From an uncultured Lentisphaerales bacterium (GTDB taxonomy: Bacteria; Verrucomicrobiota; Lentisphaeria; JABSQK01; UBA12247): 64,000 bases of DNA. Of the stretch, positions 40,633-51,406 are shown in pieces. The position numbers were made by a program, and so were the translations under genes. The notes beneath the pieces were generated by a model. It worked only from the letters and a program-made list of their open reading frames with translations, was not told the DNA's origin and searched no databases. Numbering within the stretch: position 1 is the first letter of the stretch; every line of letters begins with the position of its first letter. The DNA lies in contig CALSSJ010000027.1 in assembly GCA_943788985.1 (NCBI GenBank), forward strand, positions 1 through 64,000. Reading direction: 5' to 3'.

Positions 40633-41062
40633 CGGTGCCTTTTGTCGACGACGGCACCATGGTTTACGATTCGGAGGCTGACTTGCCACAGCTGTGACAC
40701 ACCCCGGGTAAGAAGATCCCGATGGGCCGGCCGCTGAGGTCTTTTGGGGGATGTCTGCTAGTCTCTCAAAGCCGAGACGCGTTGAGATTCGGTCGATGGG
40801 CAGGAACCAACAAGTAGTCGCGGCGTCATGCGGCCCCGTGATGCGACGAAGGCAACGGTTGAACCTGTGCAGCCCTTTGGGGCGCCCGGCCGGTGGGCAA
40901 TCCTTGGAACGCGAGCTCATCCTGCTGTGGTAGAATGGTAGGCTCGCTGGTGCCACTAGACGAACGCCGGGCTTTGCTGTGCTTACGTGCCATGCGGCCG
41001 ATCTGCGAACCCCGCGCCGCGCACACCCGCCAGCGGTGGGCCTGGGCGTGGGAGTTGGGGAA

Positions 41063-41749
41063 TTATGCCGGCGGGGCGCCAGCGGTCTCAGCGGAAGAGC
41101 GGGCGACGACGGCCAGCCAGGGTTGTTGGGCGCGAGGCTTGCCAGCCGGGCGATAGTAGTGCTCGACGATCTCGAAGCCTGCAGCGATCAGTAAGTCGGA
41201 ATACGCCGGGAATTCCATGTAGTTCGCGTAGCGACTGCCATCCCAGCTCTCGCCGTTGCCGCGTGGGTTGGAGAAGAATAAGACGCCGCCAGGTTTGAGC
41301 GTGGCCTGGAGCTCGCGGAGGACACGGTGGAGCTCTGCTGGCGGTACGTGGAACAACGCGGCGTTGGCAAAGATGCCGTCGAAATGCGCTGCTGGAAGAT
41401 CCAGAGCGAGGAAGTCCTGGTGCCAAACCTGGCAGGTTGCGAACTCCGTAGCCATGCGCACGAAGGACTCACAGCCATCAAGCCCGATCGCGGTGTGGCC
41501 GAGATCGCTGAAGTAGCGCAGGTCGCGTCCGGGACCGCAGCCGAGGTCAAGCAGAGTCAGGCCTGGGCGGTCGGGCAGGGCGGCCAAGAAGTGCTGGTAG
41601 TTCTGGCTGACGTCGTGGTCGCGGGTTCCTTCCCAAAACTGCAGAGCCAAGCGCTCGTAGTGGTCGATGGTGCCAGCGAGCATGGCGCGTTGGTCGGCGC
41701 TGCCAGAATGCATCGGGCCGTGGCCAAAGTTTCCGCGGAAGTCGCTCAC
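41063..41749 (-). CDS. Class I SAM-dependent methyltransferase
   Basis: LLDLGCGPGRD, FDGIFANA.LFH and LKPGG. Confidence 0.9.
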   Translation of the reverse strand: MSDFRGNFGHGPMHSGSADQRAMLAGTIDHYERLALQFWEGTRDHDVSQNYQHFLAALPDRPGLTLLDLGCGPGRDLRYFSDLGHTAIGLDGCESFVRMATEFATCQVWHQDFLALDLPAAHFDGIFANAALFHVPPAELHRVLRELQATLKPGGVLFFSNPRGNGESWDGSRYANYMEFPAYSDLLIAAGFEIVEHYYRPAGKPRAQQPWLAVVARSSAETAGAPPA

Positions 41750-42609
41750 GCGCCGTGCTTGGCGAGCAGGACGCGATCGCGACCGGTGTAGTCTTGCTCG
41801 ACACTGACGTCGCGCCAGCCTTGGGCCTCAAATGCGGACTTAGCAATGCTTCCTTGGCCGGAACCAATCTCGCTGAGCAACCAGCCATCGGGTTCAAGAT
41901 AGGCCTTGCCTTCGGCGGCTATGCGTGTGAGCAGGTTCATGCCGTCGGGACCAGATTCGAGGGCGAGCGCGGGCTCCCACTCGCGAATGTGGGTGGGCAG
42001 CCGGCTATACTCGTCGGCGGTAACGTAGGGCGGATTGGTGGTGATGAGGGTGAAGGTGCGACCCGCAACGGGAGCGAAGAGGTCGCCTTCGAGCAACTCG
42101 ACGTCGGCCTCCAGCGAGGCACGGTTTTTCTCGGCCCAGACTAGCGCCTCGGGCGAGAGGTCTACGGCCACGAAGGGGCCATCCTCCTGCCGGGCATGCC
42201 AGAGCGAGAGGATGACGGCACCGCTGCCGGTGCAGAGGTCGAGCACGGGCCCACCCTCGTAGAGGGCAAGGGCGCGGTCAACCAGCCGCTCGGTCTCTGG
42301 CCGCGGGATCAGCACGCCGCTTCCGACGGCAAGCTCGATCTCGTAGAACCCGGCCTTTCCAGTGATGTACTGGACGGGCTCGCCGCGCACGCGACGCTTG
42401 AGCACCTCGCGAATAGGCCCCAATGATTCGTCGGTGAGCGGCTTGTCGAACTGCAGATATAGGGCGATTCGGTCGAGATCGAGCGCGTGCGCGACGAGCA
42501 GCTCGGCTTCCACCCGCGGGCTGTCGATGCCTTTGCCACCGAGGTAGTCGGCCGACTTGCGCAGGATGGAGAGCAGGTCAGGCACGGTCTTCGGTTTCTG
42601 AGATGGCAA
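41746..42609 (-). CDS. prmC: Release factor glutamine methyltransferase
   Basis: [24 protein letters not shown] and NPPY. Confidence 0.95.
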   Translation of the reverse strand: MPSQKPKTVPDLLSILRKSADYLGGKGIDSPRVEAELLVAHALDLDRIALYLQFDKPLTDESLGPIREVLKRRVRGEPVQYITGKAGFYEIELAVGSGVLIPRPETERLVDRALALYEGGPVLDLCTGSGAVILSLWHARQEDGPFVAVDLSPEALVWAEKNRASLEADVELLEGDLFAPVAGRTFTLITTNPPYVTADEYSRLPTHIREWEPALALESGPDGMNLLTRIAAEGKAYLEPDGWLLSEIGSGQGSIAKSAFEAQGWRDVSVEQDYTGRDRVLLAKHGA

Positions 42610-44353
42610 TGCCCAATTCTTTGAGCTGATGCGCGTCGATGTCGCTGGGCGAATCGGTCATCAGGCACGCAGAGCGATTGGTCTTCGGGAAGGCGATCAC
42701 GTCACGAATGGAAGTGGCGCCAACGAGTAGCATAACCAGCCGATCCAGACCCAGGGCAAGGCCACCGTGTGGCGGGGCACCCATGGCGAGGGCTTCGAGC
42801 AGATGGCCGAAGCGGAGCTTGGCTTCTTCGGCGTCAATGCCGAGCAAGCCGAACACCTTGGCTTGGAGGTCGGTGTCATGGATCCGAATGGAGCCACCAC
42901 CGATTTCGACGCCGTTCATGACGCAGTCATAGGCTTCGGCCCGAACTTCGCCGGGCGCGTCGTCGAGCTTGTGCAGGTCTTCGGGAAGCGGGCTGGTGAA
43001 GGGATGATGCATGGCGTGCCAGCGCTCTTCGCCTTCGTCGTAGGCCAGGAGTGGAAACTCGTTGACCCAGAGTAGGTTGTAGCAATCGCTCGGGATGAGG
43101 TTTGCGAACTCCGCAATTGCCAGACGCAGGCGGCCGAGGGAGTCGGCCGTGGTGGCAAAGCTGTCCGCGACGATGCAGATGACGTCTCCGGGCTGGCCGC
43201 CACAGGCATCGACGATCTCTTTGAGGCCAGCTTCGTCGAAGAACTTGGCGATGGGGGACTTGAAGGAACCATCGGGCTCGATCTTGATGTGAGCGAGGCC
43301 TTTGGCCTTCATCAGCCGGACTTCGTCCTGCCAACCATCAAGAATCTTGCGTGATGCGGCCGGGGCCTGGCCCTTGGCGTTGATGGCCATGACCACGCCG
43401 CCATTGGCGACTGCGCCGCTGAAGACTTTGAAGCCGCAGTCTTTGACGATCTCGGAGAGGTCGACGAGCTCGAGGCCAAACCGGGTGTCGGGCTTGTCGG
43501 AGCCGAAGCGCCGCATGGCGTCGGCGTAGCTCATCCGGGGAAAGGGCGTCGGCACCTCGACATTGCAGAAGGTCTTCAGCAGCTTGGCCATGAGGCCTTC
43601 GATTATCTCGAAGAGGTCGTCCGGCTCGGCGAAGGACATCTCGACATCGACCTGGGTGAACTCTGGCTGACGATCGGCACGCAGGTCCTCGTCCCGGAAG
43701 CACTTGGCGATCTGGAAGTAGCGCTCGATGCCAGCGACCATCAGGATCTGTTTGTACTGCTGGGGAGCCTGCGGCAAGGCAAAGAATTGCCCGGGGAAGA
43801 CGCGGCTGGGGACGAGGTAGTCACGGGCACCTTCGGGGGTGCTCTTACTGAGAATCGGGGTTTCGACTTCGATGAAGCCAGCCTCGTCGAAGTGGTCACG
43901 CGCGATCTTTGTGATCTGGTGGCGATCGCGCATGTGTTGCCCGAGCTCGGAGCGACGCATCTCGATGTAGCGATAGCGCAGGCGCATGTCTTCGCTGGTG
44001 TTCTCGTCGTGGATATTATAGGGAAGGGGCAAGCAACGGTTCTCGACGACCAGGGAGCTAGCGCGCACCTCGATCTGACCAGTGTCGCGGTCACTATTTG
44101 CCATGTCTGCGGGGCGCTTGATGACTGAGCCGGTGAAGGTCAGGACCCAGTCCTCGCGGACGGCCTTGCTGGCCTCGGCGGCTTCCGCGCATTCATCAGG
44201 GTCTATGACTACCTGGGTAATGCCCTCGCGGTCGCGAAGGTCAATAAAAACTAGGGCACCAAAATTTCGTCGGCTGTTTACCCAGCCAGTAAGTGTCACG
44301 GATTGGCCGGCGTGTTCCGCGCGCAGCTCTCCGCATGTATGTGTGCGTTTCAT
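42578..44353 (-). CDS. aspS: Aspartate-tRNA ligase
   Basis: [42 protein letters not shown] and [12 protein letters not shown]. Confidence 0.97.
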   Translation of the reverse strand: MKRTHTCGELRAEHAGQSVTLTGWVNSRRNFGALVFIDLRDREGITQVVIDPDECAEAAEASKAVREDWVLTFTGSVIKRPADMANSDRDTGQIEVRASSLVVENRCLPLPYNIHDENTSEDMRLRYRYIEMRRSELGQHMRDRHQITKIARDHFDEAGFIEVETPILSKSTPEGARDYLVPSRVFPGQFFALPQAPQQYKQILMVAGIERYFQIAKCFRDEDLRADRQPEFTQVDVEMSFAEPDDLFEIIEGLMAKLLKTFCNVEVPTPFPRMSYADAMRRFGSDKPDTRFGLELVDLSEIVKDCGFKVFSGAVANGGVVMAINAKGQAPAASRKILDGWQDEVRLMKAKGLAHIKIEPDGSFKSPIAKFFDEAGLKEIVDACGGQPGDVICIVADSFATTADSLGRLRLAIAEFANLIPSDCYNLLWVNEFPLLAYDEGEERWHAMHHPFTSPLPEDLHKLDDAPGEVRAEAYDCVMNGVEIGGGSIRIHDTDLQAKVFGLLGIDAEEAKLRFGHLLEALAMGAPPHGGLALGLDRLVMLLVGATSIRDVIAFPKTNRSACLMTDSPSDIDAHQLKELGIAISETEDRA

Positions 44354-44366
44354 GCTCTATCCATCC

Positions 44367-45621
44367 TCAGTTCGTCGATAATACGGCTGCGAGGTCCGTA
44401 ACGGGCACTGGCTGTTGGTCGCCAGTTTCCATGTTTTTGACCACGGCCACGCCGTCGGTCAATTCCTGCTCTCCTCGAATCACGGTGTAGGGTGCGCCGG
44501 ACTTTCCGGCTGCACGCATTTGCGGTTTCATGCCGCGTCGCTCCAGGTCCATGCCGACGGCAAGCCCGTTGCGGCGCAATTGCTGCGCCAGTGCGAAGTT
44601 CGCATCGAAGGCATCGTCGCCCAGGCTGACCAAGAAGACGTCGGGCTGGTCCACGCTCGCAGCTGGGACTTTGCAGGCTTCTCGCGCTAACAACAGCCGT
44701 TCCATACCAGCGGCAAAGCCAACTCCGAGAACCGGGCGCTTCTGGCCTGGAAAGGTGATCTCATAGCGACCGCCACCAGCGAGCGCCGTCTGCGCGCCGA
44801 TGCCATCGAAGACGACCTCAAAAACGGTGTGCACGTAGTAATCCAGCCCGCGAACGAGCCGTGGGTCGATCTCATAGGCGATGCCGAGGCGATCGAGGTC
44901 TGCGCAGACGGCCGCAAAGTAGTCGGCGCTTTCGGGCTTAAGCAGTTCGAGAACGCCTGGGGCCTGGTCGATGATCCCGCGGCAGCCCTCGGTCTTGCAG
45001 TCCATGATGCGGGAGACGTTGGTCTCGAGGCGACGCTGGCAGTCATCGCACATTTCGTCGCTGTGGGCGGCGAAATAGTCGTGCAGCGCAGCGGCGACGG
45101 GGGGCGCGGTCTTCGGCGGATCCGCGGCTGTTCAGCAGGAGTTTGCAGCCGGTGATCTCCAGGTCTTCCATGTAGTGCATGAGCATGGCGATGCACTCCG
45201 CGTCGATTCCGGCGGCGACCTTGCCGACTGCCTCGACGCCGACCTGGTGGAACTGGCGCTTGCGGCCCGCAGCGGGGCGTTCGCCGCGAAACATGGGGCC
45301 TTGGTAGTAGACGCGGCGTTCATCGCCCTGCGGGATGCCGGCGTTGACGAGGGCGCGCATGACACCAGCGGTGCCTTCGGGGCGTAGGGTCAGGTTTCTG
45401 CCGCCGCGGTCCTCGAACGAATACATTTCCTTCTGCACGACATCGGTCTCGTCACCGAGGCTGCGGGTGAAGACCTCGGTGCGTTCAAACACGGGGGTCC
45501 GCAGTTCGCCATAGCCGTAGCGGCTGAAGATGGAGCGGGCTGTGTCTTCGAGGACACGCCATTCGGCGACTTCGTCCGCGAAGATATCAGAGGTACCGGG
45601 AATAGGGGCAGTCTTAGCCAT
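44367..45621 (-). CDS. hisS: Histidine-tRNA ligase (split by a 1-nt frameshift at about 45100, probably a sequencing error)
   Basis: LRPEGTA and FRGERP..GR.RQFHQ in the 5' ORF; VRGLDYY and GGGRY in the 3' ORF. Removing one base from the G6 run at 45099-45104 gives ...DRAPVAAALHDYF... Confidence 0.93.
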
Positions 45622-45666
45622 AAATCATCAATAGCAGGTGAGAATTTCGCAGGCCCCCGCTTATGC

Positions 45667-45823
45667 AGGCAGCGTTGGATCTTGCAGGGCGAACGTGAAA
45701 CATACCGAATCCCGCAATAGTTGGTACGTCCAGCCTTGGGATAAGCTCATGCTGGCTGTGCGGGCCAGGCGACCCTCCTCCGGGGGGTAACAGAAATGGC
45801 CAACAGTAGACACTCAGCTACCT
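45667..45823. ncRNA. Candidate structured ncRNA between recD and hisS (family unknown)
   Basis: End-to-end complementarity AGGCAGC/GCTACCT and GTTGG/CCAAC; inner CCCGCA/TGCGGG stem. Hand folding only. Confidence 0.3.
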
Positions 45824-45828
45824 ATCGG

Positions 45829-47844
45829 TCAGAGCCCAGCAAACAGAGGCAAGTCCGCATACTCTGAATCGTCCGCTTCCTCTACCTCCTGAGTTGGCCA
45901 AAGTGAGCCGCCTGATTGGCGGATAATGCGATAGCCAAGGCCCGTCTGCAGCGCAGTGACCGTGCCCACTATGAGTGCGAATTTACGGGCACGGGTAATC
46001 CCGGTATAGAGAATTTGGTGGGTTAGCAGTCGGCTGGTAGCGGGGGCAAGCACAAAGAAAACCGAGTCAAACTCGCCCCCCTGACTTTTGTGGACCGTAA
46101 TGGCAAAACCCAACTCGAATCGTGGCAGGCGCTCAAGCGGGACAATCAGTGGGCCAGCGGGCCGGGCGAAGAGGGCCCGCCAGCGCTTGCTCGCATCAAG
46201 CAGCACCACCCCGAAGTCACCATTAAAGAGACCAATCTCGCGGTCGTTCGTAGTGATTGTAATCGGTGCACCCGAAAAAATACCACCTTGGTCGCGGAGG
46301 CCTGCTCGCGAGACGAACTGCTTGGCCAAGAACGCGTTGATAGCGTCGCAGCCATAGACTCCCTTGCGGGAGGTCGTGAGAATGCGGGCAGTGCTCCCAT
46401 AGGCGGAAAACTTCTCTGCGAACTCCGCCGCCGCCGCCGGATCCTCGACCACATCTACCTCGAGAGCGTCCGTGACCAAGTCCGCGTAGGTACCGGCCCC
46501 CGCTTCAGTTGGCTGGAGAAAAAAGCGTGATAACCATCCTTGCAGCTGTGCCTCGAGCGTACTGCGGGCACTGACATCCAGCCCCATTCGATACACGCCG
46601 CCTTCTGACCACGGCCAGTGTTCAACTGGGGTGCTGGCCAAAAGTTCGGGAATGTCCAAGGCCATAGTCTGGCTCCCAGTCTGCAGTGCCTCCACGACGC
46701 ACGTGATATTAGCCTGAGAGCGATAGGACTGCTTGAGTAGCGTAAAGCAGTCGGTGGTTGGGCCACACTGCGGCCGCAACGGGGCCAGGTCGGGCCAAAG
46801 CTTCCCGGCGGTCTCGCGAAACGCCGACGAGTACCCAGGTGTGGCATCCGCTGGGAGCAGGTCGGAAAGGATCGCTCCGGCTTCAACCGAAGGCAGCTGG
46901 TCCTTGTCTCCCAGCATCACCAAGCGGCAATCATCTGCGATAGCCGCCAATAAACGGGACATCATCGCCAGGTCTACCATCGAGACTTCATCGACGATGA
47001 TCGCCTTGAGTTGCAGTGGATTGCGCCGGTTGTAGCGAAACGAGCAGGCGCGCGGATCATAGCTCAGCAGGCGGTGAATCGTCAGGCCCTGAGCAAGGCC
47101 AGCAAAAGCGCCTTCGCTGGTTCCTACGGCATCCGTCAGCCGCTGCGCCGCGCGTCCAGTGGGAGCGACCAGGCGGATTGCCTCAGCAGGCACATCAAGC
47201 GCAATAAGAGCCTTCACAATCGCAGCGACGACCGTGGTCTTTCCGGTGCCTGGCCCACCCGAGATGAGCGAGAAGTTCTGCAGCACTGCCTGGAGCACAG
47301 CCGTTTTCTGTTCCTGGTTCAAGCGCTCTTGCTGCAGCGCTTCCCGCACCCCGCTATGCCATTCGAAGGCTGGCAGGGTGGCCGGGCGTATCAAGGCTTC
47401 TGTGCGAGCGGCAGCGGCTTTGTAGTGCACATACTGCTTCTCGAAAAAGAGCAGAGAAGCTCCCTGCCGCGCGGTCCGAATCACCGGGCGCAAGGTATCC
47501 AGAGAATCGCCGATCAAGGCGGAATCTGCGGTCGCGGCTCTGGCGACATCAGCTTCCGTAAGCTCGATGCTTTCGAGAAAGGGGCGATAGGCCGACAACG
47601 CGGCCGTCGACAGGCAGACACTGCCATCTCGCACGGCCTTGATTAGGAGCAGGATAACGGCATGCAGGGCAGGGTCTTCGATGCCTTCCAGCAGGTCGCG
47701 GCCCAACAACAGCGAGCCTTCGGCCAGCCTGAGTTGGGTGCGGGCGTCGTGATGGATGCGGACAATCTGCGGATTGTCAGGCTGCGTCAGCTGCAGCGGG
47801 TCATAGCCTTGCGGCCCAAACCGTTCAGTTCTTGGGAAGTGCAC
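45829..47844 (-). CDS. recD: Exodeoxyribonuclease V alpha subunit (RecD helicase)
   Basis: GGPGTGKTT, APTGRAAQRL, DEVSMVD, GDKDQLPSV, NGD.G, TVHKSQG and YTGITRA. Confidence 0.9.
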   Translation of the reverse strand: MHFPRTERFGPQGYDPLQLTQPDNPQIVRIHHDARTQLRLAEGSLLLGRDLLEGIEDPALHAVILLLIKAVRDGSVCLSTAALSAYRPFLESIELTEADVARAATADSALIGDSLDTLRPVIRTARQGASLLFFEKQYVHYKAAAARTEALIRPATLPAFEWHSGVREALQQERLNQEQKTAVLQAVLQNFSLISGGPGTGKTTVVAAIVKALIALDVPAEAIRLVAPTGRAAQRLTDAVGTSEGAFAGLAQGLTIHRLLSYDPRACSFRYNRRNPLQLKAIIVDEVSMVDLAMMSRLLAAIADDCRLVMLGDKDQLPSVEAGAILSDLLPADATPGYSSAFRETAGKLWPDLAPLRPQCGPTTDCFTLLKQSYRSQANITCVVEALQTGSQTMALDIPELLASTPVEHWPWSEGGVYRMGLDVSARSTLEAQLQGWLSRFFLQPTEAGAGTYADLVTDALEVDVVEDPAAAAEFAEKFSAYGSTARILTTSRKGVYGCDAINAFLAKQFVSRAGLRDQGGIFSGAPITITTNDREIGLFNGDFGVVLLDASKRWRALFARPAGPLIVPLERLPRFELGFAITVHKSQGGEFDSVFFVLAPATSRLLTHQILYTGITRARKFALIVGTVTALQTGLGYRIIRQSGGSLWPTQEVEEADDSEYADLPLFAGL

Positions 47845-49225
47845 GAACTGATTTCAGAATCTGACGTCGCTCACCACGATTGCACTCATCCCAGAGCGCC
47901 AGAAACTTGCTCTGGTCTTCGTCTGTCCACTCGTCATTACGCTCCTGCACTTTCAACAGCACGTGATAGGGAAGGCGGACATTCTTCTCTTGCTTCATCA
48001 TTTTCTGCAGTTCTTCGCCGACGTCCTCCCAGATCGCGTCTTCGATTGTGATTTGCTCGTCCCGAATCGGATCCGCAATGTAATCTTTCGCTGTACTCTC
48101 CAGTTGCAGAAACGTAGTCGTCGTCCCCAATCCGGTAAGCTTCCGCGAAGGCAGGAAGTGTGCGTCGTAAATCGCCTTGCTCGAGACCCGGATATCGTCA
48201 ATTAGGGCATACCCTTCATTGGCAGAATCTAGCTGGAGAATGAGTTTTTCGCTGGATAGGGCGATCTCCTCGGAAATGCTCTCGGTGGACATGTGCGAGC
48301 CGTCCACGAAAAGGCGAAAGACATTGGTGGCCCCTACGGAGACCGTGAAGGCCAGATGCAGCCAGTCGTCACCTTCCCGTGCGGAGCAAAGAAGCGGCTT
48401 GTTCGGGATATCCGCAAAATACAATTCCACCTCACGAGTGCCGTCATCCTGCGTCCGAACGCTCAGTCGGAAGCGATCATCGCTTCCGGAGCGAACGTAA
48501 AACTGCCCACCCCTAACATCGCCAACGAATTTGCACCAAAACTCCATCGTGAATTCTGAGTCCACCCCATTCAGCAGATTCACCGCCAGCTTCACACGCT
48601 CCTCCGAATTTATGCGTAGCGCCTCGGTACCTAGGCCAAAATCTTGCTCGTTGGGATCCTCTTCTTCCACCTCTCCGGAATCATCGGCAAAAACGATATC
48701 GCCGTCTTCTTCATCGTCGAACATGCCGTCATCTGCTAGCTCCTCCACGACCACAGGCTCTTCAGGTGCCGGTTCAGCGGGCTCGCCGCCGAGAAACATC
48801 ATCGCCACCACACCCATGATGATGACACCAACGACACCGCCACCGATCATGATCATCCTCTTCTTTTTATCATCGAGCGCGGCGAATCCCTTCTTCCCGG
48901 AATCAGCAGGGGCGCTTTCTGCTCCAGGCTCTGGCGGGAGTGGGGGGGCATCCCCCTTTTGGGACTTTAATGGCAGGTCAGGCGGCGTCAGACGCTGCGG
49001 CTCCGTGACCTTTTCGGGCTTCTCCGCGATTTCTGATTCCACCGTTGGTGCTTCGCCATCGATGGGTGGTGGCGGCGTGCTCTCAACCGTCTGCGCCAGG
49101 TCTACCGGGCTGGGCGGGCGCAGTGTTAGCGCCCCGCCAGCAGGCTTCGTCAACGTCGGTTGATCACCGTTCCCAGAATTTTCTCCGGGCTTACGCAGGG
49201 TCAGCTTGGGCCGCTCGTCGGACAT
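47825..49225 (-). CDS. Single-pass membrane protein with Pro-rich N-terminus and LamG/concanavalin-like domain
   Basis: FTMEFW, WLHLAFT, RLFVDG and IDDIRVS. Confidence 0.7.
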   Translation of the reverse strand: MSDERPKLTLRKPGENSGNGDQPTLTKPAGGALTLRPPSPVDLAQTVESTPPPPIDGEAPTVESEIAEKPEKVTEPQRLTPPDLPLKSQKGDAPPLPPEPGAESAPADSGKKGFAALDDKKKRMIMIGGGVVGVIIMGVVAMMFLGGEPAEPAPEEPVVVEELADDGMFDDEEDGDIVFADDSGEVEEEDPNEQDFGLGTEALRINSEERVKLAVNLLNGVDSEFTMEFWCKFVGDVRGGQFYVRSGSDDRFRLSVRTQDDGTREVELYFADIPNKPLLCSAREGDDWLHLAFTVSVGATNVFRLFVDGSHMSTESISEEIALSSEKLILQLDSANEGYALIDDIRVSSKAIYDAHFLPSRKLTGLGTTTTFLQLESTAKDYIADPIRDEQITIEDAIWEDVGEELQKMMKQEKNVRLPYHVLLKVQERNDEWTDEDQSKFLALWDECNRGERRQILKSVRALPKN

Positions 49226-49476
49226 GCTCTCTCTCGGATAGTTGTTAACGCACGCATGGATTAATCGCTGCGACTATACTACAAATCGCCCCCTTGAAAA
49301 CAGCTGCAGCCCGAACAGTTCCTGAGGGTGTCCTAGCATCCCTTGGTCACCAACGGTTTGGCAACCGCAACATCGCGATGATCGTGCGGGTCAAGAATCG
49401 GCATCTCCCGCACGGTCGCAAGGAGATCTGGACCGGCCTCGCCCTGTAGCAGGTATCGGTCGTCCAGAAACGCAAT

Positions 49477-50478
49477 TTACTTAGCGACTAGGGTCAGCTC
49501 AATCACAAGACTCGAGTTTGGCTGCAAACGGCCAATCTTGAGCGCGCCATAGGCTTGCTTAGGTGCGGCGACAATCATGCGCGTTTCGCCCGGCCTCATC
49601 TTGGCGAGCACCAGGCGCTGGGCAGGGATCACATTCTTATTATTGAGGTCCAGGGAAGAGGGATTCTGGCTGGTGGAGTCCCACAGGATCTTCTTACCAC
49701 CAAGTGCCCAGGTGCGGTAATGCACACGTACGGTCGCGTCGGCAGCTGGCACCTCTCCAGCGCCAGCCTTCGTGGTCCAGCTGTACAGGCCGTCTGCGTC
49801 TTTGCTTGCCGCTGGAAAGGCTAACTCGATGGTTTGATTCCAGTCAGGCTCGGCGACCTTGCCGCTCTGTACCGCTGCCACCGCAGCCTCTGTCGCGAGC
49901 CAGTCACTGGCACCCGTCTTGAATGCCTCGGCCCTCGCACCCACTCGCTCGATCGTTACCGACTTGATTTTGGTACCCTTGGTCACCTTGGCAATGTTCT
50001 CAGCGCCAGCCACCGTATGTCCCCAGACCGTATGTTTGCCATCCAGATGCGGCGTCGCCACGTGCGTGATGAAAAACTGGCTGCCGTTGGTTCCCGGCCC
50101 CGAGTTTGCCATCGACAGAATCCCCTGACCGCTGTGCTTGAGGATTGGCACGAATTCGTCCCGAAACTTGTACCCCGGGTCCCCCGTGCCAGTGCCCTGC
50201 GGGCAACCGCCTTGGATCATGAAATTATCGATGCAACGATGAAACATCAGGCCATCGTAGAACTTACCATCCCGGGTTGTCGACTTGCCCGTTCCTTCGG
50301 CTAGCGAGATGAAGTTCAATGCGGTGAGCGGAGTCAGCTCATAATTCAGACGGGCAGTGATCTCTCCCTGGCCGGTATCGAACCGAGCGTAGATGCCAGG
50401 TTCACGTTCCGCATCCTGGCTCCAGCCAGTGATCGCTAATAGCGTAACAGCAACGAAAAATAGAAGAATTAGACGCAC
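49477..50478 (-). CDS. Exported dual cyclophilin + FKBP peptidyl-prolyl isomerase
   Basis: FHRCI.NFMIQGG, LSMANSG.TNGSQFFITH and HLDGKHT, then VRVHY...AYG...PNSSL; signal peptide from GTG 50478. Confidence 0.85.
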   Translation of the reverse strand: MRLILLFFVAVTLLAITGWSQDAEREPGIYARFDTGQGEITARLNYELTPLTALNFISLAEGTGKSTTRDGKFYDGLMFHRCIDNFMIQGGCPQGTGTGDPGYKFRDEFVPILKHSGQGILSMANSGPGTNGSQFFITHVATPHLDGKHTVWGHTVAGAENIAKVTKGTKIKSVTIERVGARAEAFKTGASDWLATEAAVAAVQSGKVAEPDWNQTIELAFPAASKDADGLYSWTTKAGAGEVPAADATVRVHYRTWALGGKKILWDSTSQNPSSLDLNNKNVIPAQRLVLAKMRPGETRMIVAAPKQAYGALKIGRLQPNSSLVIELTLVAK

Positions 50479-50546
50479 GGTAAATGCTCCGAAGTTATGA
50501 GGTTGTACAAGAGGACGCGGGCAGCCCAAGACCCAGATCGACGTGA

Positions 50547-51078
50547 TCAGCCGTTCGCAATCAGCTGATAGACCATGACTACGACAATTATCGAGAAGAT
50601 GCCAATTGCGCCGAAAACAATCTTTTTGCTCTTGTTTGCAGGCGTCTTTTTCTTCCCGCTCTTTTTGGTCGGGTCAAGACTGCCCAACCCTGTGGGAATC
50701 ACCGTATTAACGGTGCCCTCCAAGTCCAGCACCCGTGTGCCGGCTTCAGACCGCACCGTAGTCGGCGTAGCGCCCTCACGGTCGTACAGAATCTCAATCT
50801 CTCCCACCTGCAGAATGTCGCTATTTACTAGCGTCTTCTCGGTGAATTTGTCACCGTTGATCCGGGACCCATTGGTGCTACCGAGATCCTTGGCTAGGTA
50901 GTTGCCGTCTTCTTGGAGGTGTAACTCGCAGTGGGAATTCCGCTGATTGTCCCATCCACGATCGACACTCTCAGCCTCTTCGCTCCGTCCAATTCGGATA
51001 AAAGGACTCGGTCAATTCAAAGCTTTTACCTCGAGCCGGGTCAGACAGAACTATCAGCTTGACGGGCTTGTCACTCAT
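50547..51078 (-). CDS. FHA domain membrane protein (frameshifted as sequenced)
   Basis: Manual translation across shifts gives IRIGR...SHCEL...KDLGSTNGSRING...LQVGEIEI; C-terminal TM. Confidence 0.7.
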
Positions 51079-51230
51079 GCAAATGGGTCTCGTCGGCATT
51101 GGAAAAATGCCTTACTGTGTCTTCTCACCACACTGAATGCAACAGCGATCTGAGCCGGGATTTTACAGTCCGGGAGGCCCCGCCCCGAAATCGCCCAAAA
51201 ATCCCCCCGCGACAGGGGGGAGCCTCGAGT

Positions 51231-51386
51231 GGATTTAGGTGCGCGGTCTCCCGAGGCAGACAGGCCCGCTGGCGCTGAACCACAACCTGGCCAAAGTCGG
51301 CCAAAGTCGGCCAGGCTGCTAAAATATTGTAGCCTGTTGCACGCGGTCGGGTAGGTTCGCGACAGACTGAGATACCTCACCAGTCC
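51231..51386 (+). ncRNA. Candidate rod-shaped ncRNA (6S-like)
   Basis: Nested stems GGATT/AGTCC, AGGT/ACCT, GGTCT/AGACT, TGAACC/GGTTCG, ACCTGGCC/GGTCGGGT and CAGGCTGC/GTAGCCTG; G-U pairs favour the + strand. Confidence 0.4.
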
Positions 51387-51406
51387 GACAGGGACCCAGG
51401 TACTGC

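Noticed and set aside
40633..41062. Short ORFs in the 430-bp spacer
   Set aside because: No motifs, RBS or coding-like composition.
44367..45621. hisS as a pseudogene or programmed frameshift
   Set aside because: Essential gene with a single extra base in a homopolymer; sequencing error is more parsimonious.
45622..45828. T-box riboswitch before hisS-aspS
   Set aside because: No GGTGG.ACC T-box sequence or terminator U-tract on the minus strand.
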